Origin: a bacterium
GTDB lineage: Bacteria; Electryoneota; JAOADG01
Length of the DNA stretch: 64,000 nucleotides
Reading direction: 5' to 3'
NCBI GenBank assembly: GCA_963681965.1
Contig: OY820579.1
Location: forward strand, 3,424,001 to 3,488,000
The notes below the pieces were generated by a model that worked only from the letters and a program-made list of their open reading frames with translations, did no database searches and was not told where the DNA came from. Below, piece after piece: positions 45,968 to 55,264 of this stretch (within the stretch, counting starts at the first letter, position 1; every line of letters begins with the position of its first letter). The position numbers were made by a program, and so were the translations under genes.

Positions 45968-48900
45968 CTATTTGCTCTCATCAAGTTTATCAGGTAATCG
46001 CATGACCGGAATTGTCGGTGAAATCGGTTCTACACTCGAGGACGATGCCCCTTGGTGACAAGTCACTCGATAGAATCCCTTGACCGTTATACCGGGATCG
46101 GTAAAAGTTGTTGTTCCTGCCGGAACGGTTCCGACCAGTGTTCCAACCGATGGAGGTGTGAAATATCCGGATGTGTAGCGCCATACTTGATAATTATTGA
46201 ATGAACCAGTCGAGGCATCCCAAGTCAACGTCGCATTCGGATAGGCATACGAGATTCGGAGATTCGTCGGTGCTGAAGGTGCAGCCAATGAACTGGAAAT
46301 CTCGACATTATCGATAAACAAATTGGAACCATACCCATTTTGCGATCCAAAAAAGAATCGTAGATACTTAGAATTCAAAGTACCGTTACCAAACGGAACA
46401 ACTATATGCCGCCACGACCCGGTTGGTGCCGGTGTCATCCGGGTACCGCCGGTTCCACCCGCCAAGGAGTCATCCCCTGATAGGTCCGATCGTAATGTAA
46501 TTGGAACAAAGACATGGGCGGTGATAGAATCGCCGTAGCTGATGACCAAGTTTAATGCGTCGATCAACCCCGGTTCAGCAACATAACTCAGATCGAACTG
46601 AATGTAAACTGTCGAAACCCCTACGATATTGAAGTACGGTGAATACAGCTCATCTGTCCGACCGATATCCATGTAATTGTAGAAATTGACATACGCACAT
46701 CCATTGTTCGAATTCGCACCGGTATATCTATCCCATCCAATCGCTGCGTCGTCGTTGCTAATTGTCCATTGTTGTGGCGGGAAAGTCGCGCTACTGAAAT
46801 CCTGTAGATACGGTAAGGGCAACCGGGGTAGCATCGTTACAACGGTGTCGAGACCGATACATTCCCAGGATTCGTGATTAATGGCAACCATTCGGATTGT
46901 GTTACTGGATTCGTATGAAATTCCGGAGATGAAATAGTTACTCCACCAGTCCAGAGTCGCTTTTCTACACTGGTTAAAATCGCTTGATAAAATGCCGGAT
47001 TCGGTTACATAATAGTTATTAAAGAGGACATAGTAACGCGTGTTGGAGGGATTGGGTTGAAGCGCGTTGTTGTGTCCGGTAAGGGTTAAATAATGATACA
47101 TGACATTACCGATGCCGGGTACATCCGGTGCCGAACATCCGGTATAGTAGAAGCAATTGGCATATTCGGTGGAATATCCTCCTCGACCAAAGGAATAGAT
47201 TCGATAGGAATAATAGGTGTTGGGAGTCAAGCCATGATCGGTGAAAACCGTCTGATTGGCGGCAACAGCACCCGCAAATTCATAGGGCCCTTCATACGCC
47301 GTTGCCCGGTAGATCGCAAAGGATTCCTCATCGACAACATTGTCGTCCCAGGTCACGACTAGTGTATCGTTATCAGGTCCGCCAGGAGGCAGGACAAATC
47401 GGGCATTGGTCGGAGCCAGCGGTGCAGCGGACGTCATCAATATTAACTGACCCGAGGTGTCGGCTGGCTGAGCGGGATCGAGCGAGTAAGAAATCACCCG
47501 TAACGAATAAGTGTGAGATGGACTTAACCCTCCCAAATGAAATCGCGTATTCGATCGAATCGTAACCAAGTATGGTGTCGACGACCAGGACATATCGGGT
47601 TGCAGGAACAAACGGGTATCGGTATTGAAGAGTGCCGTTAAAGTTGAGGGGTTGTTCGGTTGAAATGGATTATTCCTTGGATAAACCCAGGCTTCCGTGC
47701 ACGTCACCGAGTCGACTACGGGCGCGGGTGAGTTTGACAATCCGGTCAATACGTTATAAACAATCGCGGCATCAGCCGAGACAGTTTCCCCATTGGCGCC
47801 GAAGAAACCGACATCGTAGTAATAATTTCCAGCTCCCATGACGAAGGTTCGAACATCGGATGCAACGAGTGGGATCGTCCCCAGAACATTGAAGTCAGCA
47901 TCTACTCCCGACAACCGATAGCCGACGACATTGTTGGTTGCCGAGGGATCGCTGTCGCGCCATTGAATACCGAATCCAGCAGCAATTGGATACGCATTGA
48001 CCCATCCCGGTGGATTCGGGGTTTGATAGAGTGCAACATCGTCGATAAAGAAATCCGATAGGGCGCTATGCTCCGACAACATTAACCCAACGCGAACAGC
48101 AGCTTGATTGCGCGCTGCAATCGGTAATGCGACTTTCCAGCGTCCCCAGTCTGCGGCAGCCCACATATCGTAAGATCCACCCGTACCGGCATAGAGCGCT
48201 TCCCGAGCCATGCCATTGCCCCATTTCACCGCAAACGGAACCCATGACGCACCATCGTCAAGTGAATACACGAGACTGATTGAATCGTTGTTGACATCGG
48301 TATTGCGTCTAGTAGCGCAATAACGTAGATCGATACAGGCATCGGATACTCCCAACGTCGAAATGGGCGGTAACCAGAAAAAGTCGTTCAACCCATTGTT
48401 CGGTCGGGAACTGATTGGCACTTCCACGATGTAATTATCGGTAATTCCTATCCGTGAAAATGTCTGCGATTGATCCACTGAAGACACGATACGGAAACCG
48501 TGAGCTGAAAGCGAATGATCGAAATTATCATAAAATGGCAGCGGAAGTGTCGTCTGCGGAAGAGCGACAAATGATTGCGATTCCGATACCACCGAGCGAT
48601 CTTCGTTGGACAATCGAAGCGACATCATACCCGGATAGTCCGGTACATAAATCGATCGTGGAGATGTCAATCCATCGAACATAATAAGAATATCATTCCA
48701 CCGGGCACCACCATTGGTAGTAAATTCCAATCTAGCTGGTGCAGCACCGGTAGCTGTCCACGACACACTTTGAGTCGTCCGGACCTGCCAAAACTCACCT
48801 CCGATCGGGCTGGTGAATTGGAAGGGCGGTACTTTCACCTGAATGTTATCGACATACAAAATCGAACCAATCGCATCTGGCGTAACAGATTTAAAGCCGA

Positions 48901-51900
48901 TTCGCACGGCGGGTTGTCCCAGATAAGCCGCCGGTACACTGTATTTGGCATGCTGGTAGGCAGATAGCGGAGGAGCGGTCGTATTCGCATCGGGATAGTA
49001 CCCGGTTTCCAAGTTCGTAAAGAGTGTTCCAGTTCCGTACTTATATCCAATTATTTCGGACGTTGCACCATCGTCATTCGTTGCGAGGATATACAGGGTG
49101 TCGTGGGTGGAATGCGCGGCATCATTGTAGAACCAGTCGAATTCCACATCGGCGGCGGCTGCTCCCGTTGTGATCAAAGGTCTCGTCCAAAACAAATTGG
49201 ACGCGCCGGCACCGTCATGCATCAGATTCGATAACATTCCCCGATTCTGATCCGTGAATGAATATGAGTTGTTCCACAACCCCGGCAAATCATTATTGAT
49301 GGGTCTCCAACCGTGTACAAGACCCCAATTTCCGGTTTCGCAATTTTCCATAAAGGGGAGTGCAACCGGAATGGCTGGAGCGAATGTCATCTGCTCCGAT
49401 GTGGCTGATAAATTGTAAGTCGTGTTGGAAATGCGAATGCGACCAATGGTGCTCGGTCGATCCCAAATAATCCATTCAAATGGTGAGGTCATCGTGAGAC
49501 CATACACTCCGAACCAGGATGCTCCATCATCCGTCGAACAATCCAATCGATTGGGATTGGGTCCATTTTGCGACCAAACCAATCGGAAGGGCTCCGCTGC
49601 GCGCCAGACAGTTCCTACGGTCGGAGTAACGATGTGATAAGATTCGGTGTTGATCAAGATATTATCGATAAAAATCGCGGGACCTTGATGACTAATCGCT
49701 TTGAAACCGATCCGAACTGCCGGTTGATTGGTTGCCCCTTGCGGCATACCGGTAACATAATGTCCCCAATCGGCAATGGATGTGGGCGGATCTGTCGGGC
49801 TTCCGAGTGTATTTACTCCAAGTGCATTGGAACCGGTCGCAGTTCCAACTTTGGTTTCGATAACCGTCCAGGTTGCACCATCATCGAGTGAATAGACGAT
49901 TTGGAGTGTATCGGCGACAGCCGGTGTTTGAGCAAAATAATAAAAGTCGAAACGGATATTGGGGGACATTCCGTAAGTCGAAATTGGCGGCGCCCAAACA
50001 ATGTCATTCTGATGCGTAGGCGTGTAATTGCTGTAAAAGGCTAGGTACCTGTCCACTGGGGTTCCACTCGTTCCCCAACCGTCATAGGTACTTTCGCGAA
50101 CACTCAAATTTCTCCAGCCATCGTTACCCATACTATTTGTAAAATCGAACGAGTAGGGAACGGGTCGAGCGGATTGGGGAGTAACAGCGATAATCCCCGT
50201 CTCGCCGTAAAGACCGGTGGTTTGATCGACGATTCGATACATAAACGAACTACCGACATAATCCAATTGAACGTAGGGAACGACTCCCGACTGGTCGATA
50301 TTCATCCGGCGTCCTGTAGGCCAGGTAAGACCACCATCGGTCGATGTGACCAAATACTTCGAACCCGTTATGTTGGATTCCCAAGTGATATTGAACGTAG
50401 TACGCGCCTGAATCACATCTCCGATCACAGGCGAGGTAATTCGGATATATGGAGCATCCACACGAATGTTGTCGACGTACACGATTCCGCCACCGGCACT
50501 GCACGGCTTCATCCCGAAGATGACTTGTGGCTGGTTGCATACTGCGCTTGGTAATACAATGGAACAGGTCGCCCAACTACCATAGGACGACAGACCAGTC
50601 TCATACATGCCCCATGCTTCTTTTGTCAGCAATGGAATCCAATCGCTATTCGCATCTAACTTGTACACGATTTGCAGCGAATCGTTTTCATTAGTTTCTC
50701 CGGGTTGATAGCGCCAATCGAAGTTAAAGCGCAGATTCGATGCTCCCGTCGTATTCAACCACTGCAGGCATAGGATATTGTCGAGTACACCATTGTAATT
50801 GTGATTCAGATTGTATGAATAACAGGCATTACCCGGTCGAATCGTCGTATTGTAATCCCACCAGTTTCTCGCCGAGATGCTTGGTTCCTGACAGGCACTA
50901 CCGAGATAATCGCCCCCTTCCATCGAGAACGTCTCATTGTAAGGCACCATTACCGCTTCCCGGGTGTGAAAAGACCAGGTCGGTCCGATCCGCATCAGAT
51001 TGGGATACGTTACCTGCCAGGTGTAATCTTGATTGGGATTCAAACGCATACTGATGAAGCCTTGGACGTGCTGATTGGATACTTCGGAAACACTATTGTT
51101 GGTCAAGGTGAAGTCGACGGATGTATTGATATTGGTACCGAAAGGTGGAGTCCAGCGTGGCATGAAGAAATAAGGATACAAAGTTGCATTATCGGCTACA
51201 TTGGGGTTGGAAGCATTCACCCGCTTCGAGAACATCAGTGCATAGCCAGCGTATGTCGAGGAGCGATTGTAGCTATAGAAAACAAAATTTTGCGCGGTTT
51301 CGTCTTCGATCCCAATCGTTCCGCTATTATTATAAGTTCCGATCGACTGATACAGACAGAGAATGTCTCCATCAGGATAGAGCTGCACCTGAAAATTGAA
51401 CAGACCGGTTCCCAATCCCGAATAGAGGTGTGCATTCATCCAACTGACGATCAATTGGCCACTTGGACCGTCGGCATACTTGATGTGTTCGACCACCAGG
51501 TCGTCCCAGTAGGGCGCAATCACGGCATTGGGAGAAGTGGCGTCGGGGATGTTTTGATTCTGCCAAGCCGAGGGAAGGGGTGTTCCAAATGTGATATAAC
51601 CATTGGCGTATACATTTAGCGATGAATACTCATTACCGAAAAAGGGGAACGTACGACCTCCGCCAAACAGTACTTCCGGCATATACCCTTCATCGGGGTC
51701 GGCGGGTGTAATGTCGTACCCACTACTGGAAATATCGATCCAATTGTATCTGACTCTGGTCGTATCAAGTCCTGGTTCATCGGAATCGATGTAACCGTAC
51801 CCTCCGGGGAATGGACCGAGATAGCTGTCGGTACTCGGCGGTGGGGTTGGAGGTTGATTCCGCTCGCGCTCGAGAATAATCGGGTAAGCCAGTGCTTTTT

Positions 51901-52048
51901 CAGCAGCAGTGATCGGTTCACCCCGCAACATCCGGTCGGCAATTGCCTGCGCGGAAGTACTGGCGGGTAAATCGGTGCTTGCAAAAACGGTAGGAACAAA
52001 GATCGCGAAAATTAGAACAAATAGCGCCAAACGGTTACTAAGTAGCAT
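45968..52048 (-). CDS. Giant secreted adhesin-like protein (2,026 aa): NIDO-like N-terminus, repeated MAM/cleaved-adhesin-like and Ig-like modules, FN3 domains
   Basis: Signal peptide; 'GYGYIDSD...FPFFG...ANGYITF...APYWDDL'; five repeats of 'PY...F...W...DSL.I.YS.D.GA.W...NQ..VR.GF...Y.DNI'; GGAG RBS. Confidence 0.85.
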   Translation of the reverse strand: MLLSNRLALFVLIFAIFVPTVFASTDLPASTSAQAIADRMLRGEPITAAEKALAYPIILERERNQPPTPPPSTDSYLGPFPGGYGYIDSDEPGLDTTRVRYNWIDISSSGYDITPADPDEGYMPEVLFGGGRTFPFFGNEYSSLNVYANGYITFGTPLPSAWQNQNIPDATSPNAVIAPYWDDLVVEHIKYADGPSGQLIVSWMNAHLYSGLGTGLFNFQVQLYPDGDILCLYQSIGTYNNSGTIGIEDETAQNFVFYSYNRSSTYAGYALMFSKRVNASNPNVADNATLYPYFFMPRWTPPFGTNINTSVDFTLTNNSVSEVSNQHVQGFISMRLNPNQDYTWQVTYPNLMRIGPTWSFHTREAVMVPYNETFSMEGGDYLGSACQEPSISARNWWDYNTTIRPGNACYSYNLNHNYNGVLDNILCLQWLNTTGASNLRFNFDWRYQPGETNENDSLQIVYKLDANSDWIPLLTKEAWGMYETGLSSYGSWATCSIVLPSAVCNQPQVIFGMKPCSAGGGIVYVDNIRVDAPYIRITSPVIGDVIQARTTFNITWESNITGSKYLVTSTDGGLTWPTGRRMNIDQSGVVPYVQLDYVGSSFMYRIVDQTTGLYGETGIIAVTPQSARPVPYSFDFTNSMGNDGWRNLSVRESTYDGWGTSGTPVDRYLAFYSNYTPTHQNDIVWAPPISTYGMSPNIRFDFYYFAQTPAVADTLQIVYSLDDGATWTVIETKVGTATGSNALGVNTLGSPTDPPTSIADWGHYVTGMPQGATNQPAVRIGFKAISHQGPAIFIDNILINTESYHIVTPTVGTVWRAAEPFRLVWSQNGPNPNRLDCSTDDGASWFGVYGLTMTSPFEWIIWDRPSTIGRIRISNTTYNLSATSEQMTFAPAIPVALPFMENCETGNWGLVHGWRPINNDLPGLWNNSYSFTDQNRGMLSNLMHDGAGASNLFWTRPLITTGAAAADVEFDWFYNDAAHSTHDTLYILATNDDGATSEIIGYKYGTGTLFTNLETGYYPDANTTAPPLSAYQHAKYSVPAAYLGQPAVRIGFKSVTPDAIGSILYVDNIQVKVPPFQFTSPIGGEFWQVRTTQSVSWTATGAAPARLEFTTNGGARWNDILIMFDGLTSPRSIYVPDYPGMMSLRLSNEDRSVVSESQSFVALPQTTLPLPFYDNFDHSLSAHGFRIVSSVDQSQTFSRIGITDNYIVEVPISSRPNNGLNDFFWLPPISTLGVSDACIDLRYCATRRNTDVNNDSISLVYSLDDGASWVPFAVKWGNGMAREALYAGTGGSYDMWAAADWGRWKVALPIAARNQAAVRVGLMLSEHSALSDFFIDDVALYQTPNPPGWVNAYPIAAGFGIQWRDSDPSATNNVVGYRLSGVDADFNVLGTIPLVASDVRTFVMGAGNYYYDVGFFGANGETVSADAAIVYNVLTGLSNSPAPVVDSVTCTEAWVYPRNNPFQPNNPSTLTALFNTDTRLFLQPDMSWSSTPYLVTIRSNTRFHLGGLSPSHTYSLRVISYSLDPAQPADTSGQLILMTSAAPLAPTNARFVLPPGGPDNDTLVVTWDDNVVDEESFAIYRATAYEGPYEFAGAVAANQTVFTDHGLTPNTYYSYRIYSFGRGGYSTEYANCFYYTGCSAPDVPGIGNVMYHYLTLTGHNNALQPNPSNTRYYVLFNNYYVTESGILSSDFNQCRKATLDWWSNYFISGISYESSNTIRMVAINHESWECIGLDTVVTMLPRLPLPYLQDFSSATFPPQQWTISNDDAAIGWDRYTGANSNNGCAYVNFYNYMDIGRTDELYSPYFNIVGVSTVYIQFDLSYVAEPGLIDALNLVISYGDSITAHVFVPITLRSDLSGDDSLAGGTGGTRMTPAPTGSWRHIVVPFGNGTLNSKYLRFFFGSQNGYGSNLFIDNVEISSSLAAPSAPTNLRISYAYPNATLTWDASTGSFNNYQVWRYTSGYFTPPSVGTLVGTVPAGTTTFTDPGITVKGFYRVTCHQGASSSSVEPISPTIPVMRLPDKLDESK

Positions 52049-52344
52049 AGCAACTCCAAATTGATCGATTACGAAATTGGAAAAAAAGACGCACTGGCAG
52101 GTTCACAAGATGCAGTAAACAAAATACAATTGATATTATCCCTTAGAAACAAAATAGACAAAAATATCAAATTTAATGAGTGATACTACGCACTCATTCG
52201 ACTATCAATCATAATTTAATGTGGATAATATCGCTTTCGATTAACCTCTATTAAATTAATTATTAAGAATATATAAACATAGTTTATACTCTCAAAATAA
52301 TTTCGATAATCGTGATGTGTTTTTTAGCCTTCCGTGATTGTGCT

Positions 52345-52676
52345 GTCGGAATCTATTCCGACTCACATTTTTTAGTGGGGGGCATCCCCGCATGCCCCAG
52401 TTCTTGAATCTTACTTTTCTCTTCCCAAATCCCAACTCCTATCCCCCACCATCCGACTTTTCCGTAAGGGCGAATGGCAGCGCCTGAAGCCGAGAATCCA
52501 CAATCGAATTTTGGTTCGATAAAAAATGATCAAAAATAAAAGCGCAGACTAAAGCCTGCGGCTGCGAAGTACATAAAACAGATACTGATAAGAAACAGAT
52601 ACAGAAATAAGAAAGCGGACTAAAGTCCGCCGCTACTAAAATGATGCAAGATGAGTCGGAATAAATTCCGACCCAC
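52345..52676. repeat. Cluster of at least five short palindromic (REP-like) elements from several families, plus a C-rich degenerate heptamer tract
   Basis: gtcggaatctattccgactcac (52345-52366); gtgg-ggggcatccccgcatgcccc (52375-52398); cgcagactaaagcctgcggctgc (52543-52565); gcggactaaagtccgccgctac (52615-52636); gtcggaataaattccgacccac (52655-52676). Confidence 0.8.
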
Positions 52677-53185
52677 CGAAAAACGAAAGTAAACTCAAGA
52701 GGATTCGGTATAAATGTCGAGATAAGAAATCCAAACAATTTGCCCAAACCGAGTAAACGAATATGGACAATTTGTGTTGCAATGGGACAGTGAATGTAGT
52801 CTTTAAAAGTCAATAATATAATTGTATCAAGAAAACGAAATCACAAATAACTAACTCAATGGATCTGAATCGGCACGAGAAATTTCCGGACTATTATCAA
52901 GATTGTATTGTATTGTGTACGGTATAATCAGATCGAACTCAAAATCCTCGAATAACTAGTCCAGCGTTTTCCGAAACCAAATCCATTTATCCCACTGATT
53001 CGTGTAAAATAGCGACCTTTCTGATTGAAATTTATGTTATTGTACAATCGTTATAAAGCGTTTCCCTGTTAAATTGTACCCGTTTTCATGGTTCCGGTTT
53101 GCATTTTCCTCCTCTTTCGCTTATTCTAGAATGTTGCAAAGACCGCACACAGGCTTGTGTGTACACAACTTAACCAAGAGACACG

Positions 53186-55264
53186 ATGTCGGGAACACGA
53201 ACCAAATTACGCATACTCTTTTCCGGAGGCGGCACTGGCGGTCACGTTCAGCCAGCCTTAGCGGTCGCGGAAGAAGTGTTGCGCCTGATTCCCGAGACGA
53301 CAATCCGGTATGCAGGAGTATCGTCTCCCGAATCGGAATTGGTTCCCCCCGAATTTCAGATTAAGCTGTTTCCCGCAGTCGGAATGCCTTCGTTGCGTTC
53401 GTTGAAAATGATTCCGTTCGCATGGACCCTGTTAAAAGGGGTGTTGCAGGCAATCATCTATATCCTCAAATTCCGTCCCCATGCCGTCTTCGCCACCGGT
53501 GGTTTCGCGTCGGCACCAGCGGTATTCGCCGCTGCGATCGTGTCAAAATCGCATTTACTATTTCGTCGTATTCCCATATATCTATTCGAACCGAATGCCG
53601 AACCGGGACGGATGAATATGATGGCAGCGAAACTCGCCGACCGGATCGCTGTCGTCACCGATATTGCCTGTCATACGTTGAATTTCCCGAATGTTGCCGT
53701 CGACGGGTATCCCGTCCGTTGGAATTTTCGCGCGGTCGATCGCGAAGAAGCGCGCCGAGCGCTGAATTTGCCGCAAGATGCCCACGTCGTGCTCGCCTTC
53801 GGTGGCAGCATGGGTGCCCGCACGCTGAACAATGCCTTGGTCGAAGCCTGGTCGATGTTGCGACGCGATCCGCAACTCTTCTTGCTGCTCGCAGTCGGGC
53901 GTCGCGATTCGGACGATTACCACGCCGTACGGGAAACCGAGGATTTAGCGCAACAACTGGGTGTCGCAAACGATCCACACTTCATTCGCGTGAAAAGTTT
54001 TGACGACATGTCTGCCGTATACACCGCCGCCGATCTAGTCGTGACGCGCGCTGGTGCCGGAACCATCGCGGAAATTTGCCAACGGGGATTAGCCGCGATT
54101 TTGGTGCCGAAATCCAATCTACCCGGCGATCACCAAGCAGCCAACGCAGTGATGATGAAGTTGAAAAACGCAATGGATGTCGTCTTCGAACGGAGTGTCG
54201 CAGGTGAATATCATCAAGTGACCGAAGCGATCAATCCCGAGGAGCTAGCTGCCTATATCCACTACTACCTAGCTGCGACCGATCGTTGCGAAGAATTGCG
54301 ACGCAATGCGATGGAAGCCGCCACCCCGGAAGCACGCCGGACAATCGCGTTGAATCTGATTCAGATGGCGCAAGGTCACAAGGTGAAGAACGAGAATTTA
54401 CCGCGCTCGGTAACCGAACTAAGCGAAGATGTCCGGATGCTGGGACGATCGGGAACGGCACTCCGCTCACGTCTCGAACGCGAATTAAAATTCTCATGGA
54501 ATGATTTGTTACCGCCACGAGTGCTCGATCTTCCCGAGCGACCGCTCCCTCATCCCGACCGGCGCGACGCACTGCCGTTGATTTCGTATTACCGTTATCG
54601 CGGTAATGTGATGCTTTCGTCGTCGTCATGGGAAACGCGCAATGAAGGCATCAAATTGGCGGCACTCGCCTGCGATTCCGAAGTACGTCCGATTCTGTTT
54701 GATTGGATCACCGACCGCCGACCGGTGATCGGCTTGAAACGACGACTCGGCGGTGATTTTCAGACAGTTGGATTTTTGCGACGCAACGCGGTTGCGGCAC
54801 TTCCGGCGCTGGAATGGTGGGACGACGAGCAATTCAAAGTACTCCGCACTGCGCTGGACGATCCCTACTGGGAGGTGCGCACAGCGGCAGCACGGGCACT
54901 GGTGCGGCTTCCCGAAGAGCAGAGTGAAGTGACTCACAAAGTGTTTTCGCAACTATTGCAAGAGCATTTGGTCGATGAAAAGCACTACGAAGTACGCACG
55001 GCGATCTGGCTCACACTCGGTGTTATCTCACCGACTTTGCCGTCGATCGAATTGATCCGCGGCGAACTTCACCACCCCAACGACCTGGTGCGTACCGGAC
55101 TGATGCAGGCATTGGAACGCATGGAATTGCGCGGGATCTCGACTGATGAGTATGCCGATGAGATTCAGCGCAACTTGCTGTTGACCAGCAGTCAATTTGT
55201 ACCGAACTTTCAGTTGCGGCGAGCTGCCGCCCGATTCCACAAAGCGAGACAGGACGCGAAATGA
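53186..55264 (+). CDS. murG: MurG-like GT28 glycosyltransferase fused to a C-terminal HEAT-repeat domain
   Basis: SGGGTGGHVQPA, TGGFASAP, EPNAEPG..N, GYPVR, FGGSMGA, DLVVTRAGAGT, HQ..NA, then about 300 extra aa with HEAT-like 'LDDPYWEVRTAAARAL', 'HYEVRTA..LG', 'HPNDLVR'. Confidence 0.85.
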   Translation: MSGTRTKLRILFSGGGTGGHVQPALAVAEEVLRLIPETTIRYAGVSSPESELVPPEFQIKLFPAVGMPSLRSLKMIPFAWTLLKGVLQAIIYILKFRPHAVFATGGFASAPAVFAAAIVSKSHLLFRRIPIYLFEPNAEPGRMNMMAAKLADRIAVVTDIACHTLNFPNVAVDGYPVRWNFRAVDREEARRALNLPQDAHVVLAFGGSMGARTLNNALVEAWSMLRRDPQLFLLLAVGRRDSDDYHAVRETEDLAQQLGVANDPHFIRVKSFDDMSAVYTAADLVVTRAGAGTIAEICQRGLAAILVPKSNLPGDHQAANAVMMKLKNAMDVVFERSVAGEYHQVTEAINPEELAAYIHYYLAATDRCEELRRNAMEAATPEARRTIALNLIQMAQGHKVKNENLPRSVTELSEDVRMLGRSGTALRSRLERELKFSWNDLLPPRVLDLPERPLPHPDRRDALPLISYYRYRGNVMLSSSSWETRNEGIKLAALACDSEVRPILFDWITDRRPVIGLKRRLGGDFQTVGFLRRNAVAALPALEWWDDEQFKVLRTALDDPYWEVRTAAARALVRLPEEQSEVTHKVFSQLLQEHLVDEKHYEVRTAIWLTLGVISPTLPSIELIRGELHHPNDLVRTGLMQALERMELRGISTDEYADEIQRNLLLTSSQFVPNFQLRRAAARFHKARQDAK

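Noticed and set aside
12979-52048. Prophage, integrative element or contractile/toxin secretion locus
   Set aside because: No integrase, phage structural, RHS/YD, VgrG or toxin-immunity genes were recognised.
52439-52813. 124-aa minus-strand ORF, and similar small ORFs at 62477-63231 and 12830-13377
   Set aside because: They read through REP clusters or the antisense strand of real genes; no RBS or family features.
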